Assembly: GCA_963845535.1 (NCBI GenBank)
Contig: CAWJSK010000007.1
Coordinates: forward strand, 1-26,748
Reading direction: 5' to 3'
Length of the DNA stretch: 26,748 nucleotides
DNA from: an uncultured Spirochaetota bacterium
GTDB taxonomy: Bacteria; Spirochaetota; Spirochaetia; SZUA-6; Fen-1364
The number at the start of each line of letters is the position of its first letter. The first letter of the stretch is position 1. A program made the translations under genes and the position numbers. The notes under the pieces were generated by a model. That model made no database searches and was not told where the DNA came from. It worked only from the letters and a program-made list of their open reading frames with translations. Shown piece by piece: positions 17,233-25,771 of the stretch.

Positions 17233-17500
17233 ATGAGCACAAGATGCCTGGCGTTGACCGCCATAGTCCTCTCCGTTGGCATTCTCTCAGGTCGTGGCCG
17301 CGGACTCACTCGATCAGATATCCGTGGGCAAGCCCTCTGCCCGAGGTGCGCTTGAGCGGCGACGACGGATCGAAATGACCAACGGGCCGGGCCGTGCAAA
17401 CGTGGCAGCGGATGTCGGAAGACGGCGTTTCACCACAGACCATGTTCGTGATTTCCCTCTCCGAGGATGGAAACGTGGAGTCGGTTCGATAGTCATGTGA
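17233..17500 (+). pseudogene. Fragmented ORF for a small exported protein
   Basis: TATCAT-N6-ATG(17233) starts MSTRCLALTAIVLS. A shifted frame continues LAFSQVVAA-DSLDQI, giving a signal-peptide-like join. No recognisable domain. Confidence 0.25.
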
Positions 17501-17551
17501 CTTTTTCATGACTTTCAGCACTGTCCGCCGGTGCGCGGCTGGGGACATACT
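17492..17551 (+). promoter_or_regulatory. 38-bp repeated element, copy 1, plus -10 box (candidate NarL-type regulator-dependent promoter)
   Basis: GTCATGTGACTTTTTCATGACTTTCAGCACTGTCCGCC-N16-CATACT-N5-ATG(17557). 34/38 identical to 19862-19899. Confidence 0.7.
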
Positions 17552-17556
17552 CGTGC

Positions 17557-17973
17557 ATGTCCCGCCGTGAAGCGGCGGATGCTGGAATGAGGAAAACGAA
17601 TCCATCGCCCCATGGCTTGCTGTTCGAACGCTTTCTCCAGGCAACCGGCTGCAACAGCTCGGAAATGACTGCTATCCGCTTGAGCGACTGCAAGGCGGGG
17701 GACAGCGAGGTTGAAATCGAGATGACCGGGAAGCGCGACACCGCGCGGAAAGTGCGCGTCCCCCTGCGGGTGTTCAAGGACATCATCGAGACGTTCGGCG
17801 GAAAAACCTGGCTGTTCGAGACGCCGAACGGCAAGCCCTACGATGAAAGAGAGATGCTGCGACAGATTGCGCTTCTTCGCGGCTGGCCTCACAGGCTGAC
17901 GTTGCTCCGGGACTCCCTGCGAAGCCTTTTGGGGGCGATCGCCCTCGCTTTCGGTCGGCGGTATACTGGAGCA
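17557..17973 (+). CDS. Degenerate tyrosine-recombinase catalytic-domain-like region, open in frame into the downstream sensor kinase (543-aa ORF 17557-19188)
   Basis: FLQATGCNSSEMTAIRLSD matches box I (LxxTGxRxxExxxLxxxD) with R->N. Also IEMTGKRDTARKVRVP, WLFETPNGKPY, and TLLRDSL as a degenerate HxLRHS. No box II / catalytic Tyr. Confidence 0.6.
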
Positions 17974-19188
17974 ATGCGGTCGTCCGAGAGGTCGGCGCAT
18001 TCGGCCGGGGAAGGGATGCGCCGCTTTTCCGCGGTGCTCGAGTGGGTGGGATACGTCACGACCGCGTTGGTAGTCACCGCAGAGCTGCGGTCCCTTCCCC
18101 TCGGCGCCCGCTTCGCGCTGACGGCAGGGTTGCTGGCGATGTTCGCCGCCTTACTCGTCGTGCTCATGCGCACAAGCCCCTTGATCGGGACGGGCGCCTT
18201 CGTGGTCATGGTCCTGACGGCGTCGGTCCTCGTGATCGCCATCATGGCGATAAGCCCCCGGCCGCCCCTTGGATCGATCCTCCTCTACATTCTGTGCGCC
18301 ATGGTCGCAGGGCGCGTTCCCCTGGGCTTCGCCATTGCCTGGGTCACCTGTGCAAGCATAGCGTTTCTCACGTGTCTCATCCTGGCCTGGGATCACGAGC
18401 GCAGCCTGCTCCCGATTCTCCTGGCTTTCTGGCTCGGCTGTTCCGCCATCATCGGCTTTTCCGTCTCTTTCCGCCGTTTGCTGCAGGCAAGCGCCGAGAG
18501 CGAGCAACTCCTTGCCGAGCTCACCGTCGCCCAGGGGCGGCTGAAAGACCTGGCAATCACCGAGGAGCGGGCCCGCATTGCCCGGGAGATGCACGATGCC
18601 GTCGGACACCGGCTGACGGTCGCCGCGGTTCTCCTGGAAGGAGCCGCGGGCCTCATCCCTCCAGAGTCCGGCCGCGCCATTCGCATGGTGGAGAGCTCGC
18701 GCAGGGAGGTCAAGCAAGGGCTGGATGAGCTGCGCGCCGCGGTGAGCGCGCTTCGCGTCAACGGCATTGGGGACCAACCACTGTTGGAAGTTCTCAAGGC
18801 ACTTGCCCAGGTGTTTGCCCAGGGAGCAGAAATGCACGTGACTCTCGATCTGCAGCCCAACATACCCGAGCCCGACTTCGAAAGAAAGCTGGTCATCATC
18901 CGCACCGTGCAAGAGGCGCTCACGAACGTCCAGAAACATGCCGCTGCCACGAGCGTGGAGATCTCCCTCAAGGCCATGGGCGGAGCATACCTGCTTGCCT
19001 GCCGCGACAACGGTCGCGGCATCGTGGCGCCCTCCGTCACGGATCAGTCCCGATTGCAGGGCGGCTTCGGCCTGCCGAGCCTGCGCACGCGCGCCGCCGT
19101 TTTTGGCGGCACCGTCGAGCTGCTGGCGGCTTCCCAGGGAGGCGCCGCGCTTCGCCTTACGCTGCCGACGGCCGCCGGCGCCTCATGA
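17974..19188 (+). CDS. HisKA_3 (DesK/NarX-type) membrane sensor histidine kinase
   Basis: About 5-6 TM segments, EERARIAREMHDAVGHRLT, VQEALTNVQKHA, DNGRG, GFGLPSLRTRA..GG. Candidate own start TATACT(17962)-N6-ATG(17974). Confidence 0.92.
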   Translation: MRSSERSAHSAGEGMRRFSAVLEWVGYVTTALVVTAELRSLPLGARFALTAGLLAMFAALLVVLMRTSPLIGTGAFVVMVLTASVLVIAIMAISPRPPLGSILLYILCAMVAGRVPLGFAIAWVTCASIAFLTCLILAWDHERSLLPILLAFWLGCSAIIGFSVSFRRLLQASAESEQLLAELTVAQGRLKDLAITEERARIAREMHDAVGHRLTVAAVLLEGAAGLIPPESGRAIRMVESSRREVKQGLDELRAAVSALRVNGIGDQPLLEVLKALAQVFAQGAEMHVTLDLQPNIPEPDFERKLVIIRTVQEALTNVQKHAAATSVEISLKAMGGAYLLACRDNGRGIVAPSVTDQSRLQGGFGLPSLRTRAAVFGGTVELLAASQGGAALRLTLPTAAGAS

Positions 19189-19847
19189 AGGATTCGACGC
19201 TTCGGCTCTTCCTGGTGGATGACCAGCAGCTCATGCGCGAAGGCCTGCGCACCCTCCTGGAAATGGAAGGCATGGCGGTTGTCGGAGAGGCCGCTGACGG
19301 AGCCGCGGCGGTGGAAGGGTTCGAAAAGCTGCAGCCCGACGTGGTGCTCATGGACATCCGCATGCCGAACATGGACGGGGTCGAAGCGACGCGCCGGATT
19401 CGGTCACGTTTCCCGGAGGCGAAGATCCTTGTTCTGACGACGTTCGACCAGGACGAGCTCGTGTTCGACGCCCTGCGGGCGGGGGCGAGCGGCTACCTCC
19501 TGAAAGACGTCTCACGGACGGATCTCGCCGCGGCGGTCCGCAGCGTGGCAGGCGGAGGCGCGGCCCTGGAGCCCACGGTGGCGCGCAGGGTGATAGACGC
19601 TTTTGCGCGGCTCTCGCCCCTTTCCCCCGCCTCCGCTTCGGGTCTCAAGGAGCCCTTGTCCGGCCGCGAGCAGGCGGTGCTGCGGCTTCTTGCCCAGGGG
19701 CTGAGCAACAAGGAAATTGCCCGGCAGTTGTTTCTCGCCGAAGGGACGGTGAAAAACCACGTGAGCACGATCCTCCAGAAAATCGACGCGCGGGACCGGA
19801 CCCAGGCAGCCCTGAAGGCCAGGGAGCTGGGTCTCATCGAGACATAG
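19185..19847 (+). CDS. NarL/LuxR-family response regulator
   Basis: LVDDQ, DVVLMDIRMP, LTTFD, GASGYLLKD, LSGREQAVLRLLAQGLSNKEIA..LFLAEGTVKNHVS. ATGA overlap with the kinase. Confidence 0.96.
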   Translation: MKDSTLRLFLVDDQQLMREGLRTLLEMEGMAVVGEAADGAAAVEGFEKLQPDVVLMDIRMPNMDGVEATRRIRSRFPEAKILVLTTFDQDELVFDALRAGASGYLLKDVSRTDLAAAVRSVAGGGAALEPTVARRVIDAFARLSPLSPASASGLKEPLSGREQAVLRLLAQGLSNKEIARQLFLAEGTVKNHVSTILQKIDARDRTQAALKARELGLIET

Positions 19848-19861
19848 CTGCTTCATTCCCG

Positions 19862-19921
19862 GTCACATGACCTTTTCATGACTTTCGGCACTGTCCGCCT
19901 CCCGACGCCTGTCAGCATACT
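19862..19921 (+). promoter_or_regulatory. 38-bp repeated element, copy 2, plus -10 box upstream of the DUF1254 gene
   Basis: GTCACATGACCTTTTCATGACTTTCGGCACTGTCCGCC-N16-CATACT-N6-ATG(19928). Confidence 0.7.
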
Positions 19922-19927
19922 CTTGCC

Positions 19928-21301
19928 ATGCGTACTGCACAGACACATGCGTTCACCATCCGCACCGTCGTTTCGATCGGAGTCCTTGCGCTTCTTGCGG
20001 CACTTCCCGGCTTCGGCCAGGGCCGGGCGTCCCCGGACGATCTCACTCAAGCCATCGGGCTCGCGTATCAATACGCGCTTCCCGTGTGGGAGGTCGCCCG
20101 CATCCAGTATGAGCTGGAGCTCTATCCGTCCAGCCCTCGCCACCTGCGGCCGAACCATCTCTTTCACCAGCGCAACCTGGCCACGCCGAAGAGCCGCCTG
20201 ATCACGGGCCCGAACGCGGACACGCTGTATTCGATTTCCCTTGTCGATCTGCGCGGAGGGCCGGTGCGCATCGATGTGCCGGAGATGGCGGATCGCTACT
20301 ACTCGATCATGCTGGTGGATGAGTACACGAACGACTTCGCGTATGTCGGACGCCGCACCACAGGCACGCATGCGGGCAGCTTTCTCCTGGAGGGTCCCCA
20401 GGATCCCGGGGCTCCCAACCCCGAAGGTTCGAAAGTCATCCGTGCCCCGACCCCGGACGTTGTGCTCCTGCTTCGCGTGCTCGTCCATGGTCCCCAGGAC
20501 CTGGACACTGCACGCCGCCTGCAGGACGGCTTCACGCTGACGCCGACCGGCAGCCTGCCGCCGCGCGCGACTCCGCCGTCGCCTTTCCCGGATAACGGCG
20601 AGAACTTCGTTGCCGTCGTCAACGATGCCATGGCACGGAATCCGCCTCCCGCGGAGGATGCGCCGATGCTCGATATCATCGGAAAGGTGGGGATCGGACC
20701 TCGGGCGGTTGCCTTCACTCCGGAGTTGCGGCGCGCCTGGAACCTGAAGTTCGCACAGGTCAAGCAGTCCATCACGTACAATGAAAAGACCGTCGACAGT
20801 CATCGCGAGCTGGTCAACGGATGGCTCTATCCGCTCGCCGACCAAGGGCGCTTCGGGACGGATTACGAATCCCGCGCGAGCGTCGCGGCGTGGGGCTTGT
20901 TCGCGAACCTCCCGGAGGAAAACACCTCCTGCTGGGCCTACCAGGACAACACGGGAAGCCCGATAGACGGCGGCCATCGTTATGTTCTGCATCTTCCGGC
21001 GCAGATGCCGTTGGACGCGTTCTGGTCCTTGTCGGTCCACAGGGTCGAAAAGAACGGACTGTTCTTTGTCGACAGCCCGATCCATCGATGGTCGATCAAT
21101 CCTTTCACGCCCGGCCTGCGGCGCAACGCGGATGGAAGCCTCGATATCCTGATTCAGCGTGCCGCCCCCGAGAAAGCATGGATGTCGAACTGGCTGCCGA
21201 TACCGGATGGGCGCTTCCACATCACGTTGCGTAACTATCAGCCGCGGCCCGAGCTCCTGAACGGCAGCTTCCGCTATCCGGCCATCCAACGCGTCGACTG
21301 A
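19928..21301 (+). CDS. Exported DUF1254/DUF1214 domain protein
   Basis: Signal peptide. PNADTLYS and DRYYSIMLVDEYTNDFAYVGRRTTG (DUF1254); FWSLSVH, NADGSLDILIQ and NWLP..G.FHITLRNYQP (DUF1214). Confidence 0.9.
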   Translation: MRTAQTHAFTIRTVVSIGVLALLAALPGFGQGRASPDDLTQAIGLAYQYALPVWEVARIQYELELYPSSPRHLRPNHLFHQRNLATPKSRLITGPNADTLYSISLVDLRGGPVRIDVPEMADRYYSIMLVDEYTNDFAYVGRRTTGTHAGSFLLEGPQDPGAPNPEGSKVIRAPTPDVVLLLRVLVHGPQDLDTARRLQDGFTLTPTGSLPPRATPPSPFPDNGENFVAVVNDAMARNPPPAEDAPMLDIIGKVGIGPRAVAFTPELRRAWNLKFAQVKQSITYNEKTVDSHRELVNGWLYPLADQGRFGTDYESRASVAAWGLFANLPEENTSCWAYQDNTGSPIDGGHRYVLHLPAQMPLDAFWSLSVHRVEKNGLFFVDSPIHRWSINPFTPGLRRNADGSLDILIQRAAPEKAWMSNWLPIPDGRFHITLRNYQPRPELLNGSFRYPAIQRVD

Positions 21302-21328
21302 CCGTAGAAAAAGCCCGAGGCACATTCA

Positions 21329-23811
21329 ATGCGGCGTCATGTTCTGCTCGTCTTGCTCGCTTTTTCTGCGGCTGACGCTCTGGGCATCCGCGAAGGATCT
21401 CACGGTCACCGTCATCGACCAGGATCTCGGCACGCCCCTGGAGGGCGTCCGCCTGAGCGTGCGCGGCGTGGAGGGGACTTTCAAGACGGGCGCGGACGGA
21501 AAAGCAACAATCGGCCTGCCGGCGGGAGCACAACGCCGCTCTGATCACGGCGGAGCTTCCCGGATATGAGACGAAGAAGACCGTCGTCACGCAAAGCGAC
21601 ACGGCCCTCGTGATCACACTCGCGCTCTCCGGCGTGGTGGAAGGGAACGAGCTGGTGGTCGAAAAGTCGAAACCGAACAGCACGGATGCCGAGAACGGCG
21701 TTTCCCAGGCGGTGACGAAGAAAGACATCACCAACACGACGATGGGCGTGGTCCAGGACCTCATGTCCACCATCAAGACTCTTCCCGGAGTGGGCTATAC
21801 GAGCGGCTTCAACGCCATGCCTTCCATCCAGGGCGGGAATCCAAGCGAAATGACCGCCGTTCTGGACGGCGCGTACGTCCTGTATCCCTACCACTGGAAC
21901 GGGGCCGTCTCCATCTTCAATCCCGACATGGTGGATTCGGCGAAGCTTTCCGACGGGATCGTTTCCGCCCGCTACGGCGAGTTCCTCTCCGGGCTGCTCG
22001 AGGTCACCTCGATTTCCCCGAACAAGGTGCAGCCGACGGCAGATCTCGGGCTCTCCACGTCGGGAATCGATTTCTTCGTCAGCGCTCCGTTCAGTGAAAC
22101 CGCAGGTCTTCTCCTGGGCGGACAAACGACCTATCTTCAGCTTCCCCTGGCTTTCTTCGGGCTTGCCAAAGATGCACCGTACATCACCGAGGGATTCGGA
22201 AAGCTCTCCTGGGACCCCTCGCCGCGCGTGAAGTGGTTTCTCGACGCATACCTCGGAGTGGACGGGGTAAAGGCCGACAACATCGGCAAGCAGCCTCCGC
22301 CTCCCGACACTCTCACCACCACTCGCAATGTCGATTTGGTCAACACGGAGGCCATTCTCGCATCGGGGTTGAAGCTCCTCCTGAGGGACAATCTTCTCCT
22401 GAGCTTTCTCGTGAACTTCAACAATCATGACCAGAATCTTTCCGTCAATTCGCTGACCAACGGAACCGAGTACTACGACCAGGACTTCATCAAGACGTAC
22501 TCCTCTCTGCTCAACGGAGCGACCAGTTTCACGCTGAATAATCTGGCGGGCACGGTGAACAACTCGACGAACGACTACCTGTATCAATTCAAAGGGAGCA
22601 TGGACTGGCAGCTCGCCGAGGGCCATCTCCTGTCCTTCGGGGTGGAGTCCGTCCTGCGCAACTCCACTCTTGCGCAGAGCTCCAACAACTGGCAAACGGT
22701 GTATTCGGGGACAACCCCGCAGTTCGAGGATGTTGTTTCCGATGTATCGACGAACGGGGACAATACCCTCACGTCGGCGCTCTATGCGGATTACACCTTC
22801 AGCCTGTGGTCAGGGCTGCTCACTGGCGAGGCGGGGGTGAGGGGCAACTACACCGTAGTCTCTAACAGCGACATGACGCTCCTGACCCGGCCCTCCGTGG
22901 ACCCGCGCATCCGCCTTGTTCTGACGCCCATCCGCAACACCGGGGCATTCCAGTCTCTTTCCTTTGTGGCCGGCACGGGCCTCTTTTCGCAATTCCCCGT
23001 GGACAACCCGTTCATCGACACGCAATACGGAGTCACCAATTATCAGGTCGGCCCCACCCTGGCGTGGTTCAACGAGCTCGGGCTGGAGGCCGTCACGAAA
23101 GACGGCTGGACGCTCGACCTGGACGGCTATTACAAGAGCTACAGTGACCGCTTCTATGCAATAGCAAACAACGCTGCCACCCCCGTGAGCTACTCGACGT
23201 ACAGCGACGGGACAGGCTTCGCCTACGGCATCGACGCGTTCATCCAGAAGCAGACACGCTACTGGGAGGGTTGGCTCAGCTACACGTTCGTCGTCACACG
23301 CCTCTACAATCCCGCCCAGGCGGGGAACACCGACACGGATGGGGATCCCACGGGGATCTGGTATTACCCGAGCTACAACATCCAGCACACCATCAGCCTC
23401 GTCCTGACCCTGATGCCTACGGAAGGCTTCTCCCTCACCACGGAAGCCCAGATAGCAAGCGGCGCTCCCCTGGACCAGTTCGGGCCTGTTACCTCCTATG
23501 AGGCAACCATGCCGGACGGAACGGTGGTGGAACGCTTTTCCCGCACGTCCACCTACAGCGACACCTTGCGCACGGGATGGTCTTTCCCGATCGACCTGAA
23601 AGCCTCCTGGCATGGCTACTACAAGGGCTCGAAAATCGGCTGGGAGTTCTACGTCGCTGTCCAGGACCTCCTCGCGCCCTTCTACACCGCGGCAGCCGGC
23701 GGCCCTCCGCCTTTCGACCCCTGGCGCGGTACCACCCTGACGGGCGCGACAAACGCGAGCTCGTATCTCGGGGTTCCCATACCATCCATCGGCTACAACC
23801 TGAGCTATTGA
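21329..23811 (+). CDS. TonB-dependent outer-membrane receptor with an N-terminal carboxypeptidase-regulatory-like domain; two apparent frameshifts (~21361-21375 and ~21530-21540)
   Basis: Signal peptide from ATG 21329, then TVTVIDQDLGTPLEGV...TGADG in the +1 frame. The main frame gives PGYETKK..., plug DLMSTIKTLPGV...SIQGG...LDG and SARYG..LSG, amphipathic beta strands and C-terminal IGYNLSY. Confidence 0.85.
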
Positions 23812-23847
23812 GGGGCGAAGAAAGGAACGCTTGTGAAAGGAACGTCG

Positions 23848-24636
23848 ATGAGGGGAAGACTTGCGATCTTGTTCATAGCCGTGGCTGCCCTGTCGGGATG
23901 CGCGACCTTTTCTGTCCAGAGCGCCTACCGGGGCGAAGGGGCGAGCCGCGAAACGCCTGTTCGCGTGGAGCTCGCAAAGGAAATCAACGGAGCTCGCGAC
24001 GTTCGAGTCACTTGGGGAGCGTTGCCGGAGGCTGTCCTGCGGGGCCGGGCAACGGCGGACGGCTCGGGAGGCTGGAAGATCGAGCTCCTGCGCCTTGATT
24101 GGTTTAACAACTGGCAGGACGGCTGGACAGAGGCCGGCTTTGTCATCAGCGGCAGCTTCGATCTTTCGCAAAGTGGCGCGGAGGCGCAGATCCTCCTCTC
24201 CGACAAACCTGAGATTGATGCCCCCATCGTCGCGACAATCCGCTATTACGACGATTACCTGAACGGGGACAAGGCGCTGCAGCAGTTCACGCGGCGGTGG
24301 AACCGCATTCAGGCGTACGCGGAGTTCCTGCGCTCCCGCTTCGATGAGTCATGGTACGCACATCAGGGCTCGGTCCGACGCTTTCTTTTCCCCGAGCTCT
24401 ATGGGTACGACCAGCCGCCTTCTCCAAAGCACGCCAGCGTCACCGTGGACTCCATCACGTGGAACACGGACTACACGAAAGAGGTGTTCCCCGGGAACCT
24501 GCGCGCGCTTCGCGACAGCGGGACCATGCTGCGGGACTTCCAGGAGTCGCAAGCGCTCTGGAAGCTCGCTTTCGGTTGGAACGACTTTTGGACCTTCGTC
24601 ATCCCGGTCGAGGTCTTCCATTCGATCAGACCCTGA
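23848..24636 (+). CDS. Uncharacterised lipoprotein (alternative start GTG 23833)
   Basis: MRGRLAILFIAVAALSG-C lipobox; Trp/Tyr-rich body; sits between the receptor and exbB/tolQ. Confidence 0.75.
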   Translation: MRGRLAILFIAVAALSGCATFSVQSAYRGEGASRETPVRVELAKEINGARDVRVTWGALPEAVLRGRATADGSGGWKIELLRLDWFNNWQDGWTEAGFVISGSFDLSQSGAEAQILLSDKPEIDAPIVATIRYYDDYLNGDKALQQFTRRWNRIQAYAEFLRSRFDESWYAHQGSVRRFLFPELYGYDQPPSPKHASVTVDSITWNTDYTKEVFPGNLRALRDSGTMLRDFQESQALWKLAFGWNDFWTFVIPVEVFHSIRP

Positions 24637-24658
24637 TGGATTCAGAGGAGGCGGCAAC

Positions 24659-25339
24659 GTGTTGCAAACCATTTTCACAGACAGCCCGGTCATTGTAGGG
24701 GTCTTCGCGATCCTGGTGATTTTTTCCATAGGATCGTGGGCCGTCATCATTCAGAAGCTCGTGCAGCTTGGTTTCCTGAAACGGAACACCCGTGAGTTCA
24801 CGGAGCTTTTCTGGGAGGTGAAAGAGTTCAGCGCGGTGGAGGCGCGGTTGGCCGGACTGAAGCCGGGACCGCTTGCCGCCCTCTTTCGAGAGGGCTACCG
24901 CGAAACGAGGCATTTCCTCGCCCTGAGCGCGTATCCGGCCTCAAGCGGGGCACTCACGGCGGAGGCAGGCGGCATTGAGAACATCTCGCGGAGCCTCCGC
25001 AAAGTCTCCTCGCGGGAGATCGCGAAGATCGAGCGCGACGTGGGATTTCTGGCCACGGCAGGCGCGACGACCCCGTTCATCGGACTTTTTGGAACAGTGT
25101 GGGGGATCATGAGCGCCTTCCAGAGCATTGGCCAGGCCGGCTCGACCTCTCTTGCAATCGTTGCCCCCGGGATCTCGGAGGCCCTCGTGACCACAGCCGT
25201 CGGGCTTGCCGTGGCCATACCTGCGGTCATTGGCTTCAACTACGTCCAGGGCCGGATCAGGCTCATGGTGAGCGAGATCGACAACTTCAGCTATGACTTC
25301 CTGAACATCGTCCAGAAGATCTTCAACGCGAAAAGGTAG
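24659..25339 (+). CDS. MotA/TolQ/ExbB proton-channel family protein
   Basis: GTG start after GAGGAGG. SIGSWAVIIQK, FLATAGATTPFIGLFGTVWGIM, APGISEALVTTAVGLAVAIPAV. Confidence 0.93.
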   Translation: MLQTIFTDSPVIVGVFAILVIFSIGSWAVIIQKLVQLGFLKRNTREFTELFWEVKEFSAVEARLAGLKPGPLAALFREGYRETRHFLALSAYPASSGALTAEAGGIENISRSLRKVSSREIAKIERDVGFLATAGATTPFIGLFGTVWGIMSAFQSIGQAGSTSLAIVAPGISEALVTTAVGLAVAIPAVIGFNYVQGRIRLMVSEIDNFSYDFLNIVQKIFNAKR

Positions 25340-25345
25340 GACGCC

Positions 25346-25771
25346 ATGGAAATCAGGCGCGGCCCGGACCGGGAGCCGCTTTCCAATATCAACATCACGC
25401 CCCTTGTGGACGTGATGCTGGTGCTTCTCATCATATTCATGGTGACCGCCTCCATAGGCCAGCAGGGGATCACAGTCCACCTGCCGCAAGCCAAGGCGGC
25501 CCCGCTTGAAACCTCGGAGCAGACGATCATCATTTCCATAGACGCCAACCGCACCACCTATATCAACTCGACCCCCGTGGCGGCCTCTCAGCTCGCCGAG
25601 CGGCTCAGCGCCATCTACCGGCAGCGCTCGGACAAGACGGCGTATCTCAAGTCCGACAAGACGGTGTCCTACGGAGACTTCATCCAGATCGTTTCCCTGA
25701 TCAAGTCCGCGGGCGTCGAGAAGCTCGGCATGGAAACCGAAAGCCCGAAGCAGGAGCTGCATGGAGACTAG
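25346..25771 (+). CDS. ExbD/TolR family protein
   Basis: INITPLVDVMLVLLIIFMVTA, VHLP, LKSDKTVSYG. Confidence 0.94.
   Translation: MEIRRGPDREPLSNINITPLVDVMLVLLIIFMVTASIGQQGITVHLPQAKAAPLETSEQTIIISIDANRTTYINSTPVAASQLAERLSAIYRQRSDKTAYLKSDKTVSYGDFIQIVSLIKSAGVEKLGMETESPKQELHGD

Noticed and set aside
17557..17973. Active integrase or intact prophage/ICE
   Set aside because: Catalytic Arg, His and Tyr positions are missing, and no phage, conjugation or tRNA-att features are nearby.
9593..24658. Long ORF-track N-terminal extensions of the permease (10858), PfkB (13871) and ExbB/TolQ (24344)
   Set aside because: They overlap upstream genes in other frames. RBS or overlap evidence supports starts at 10456, 13637 and 24659.
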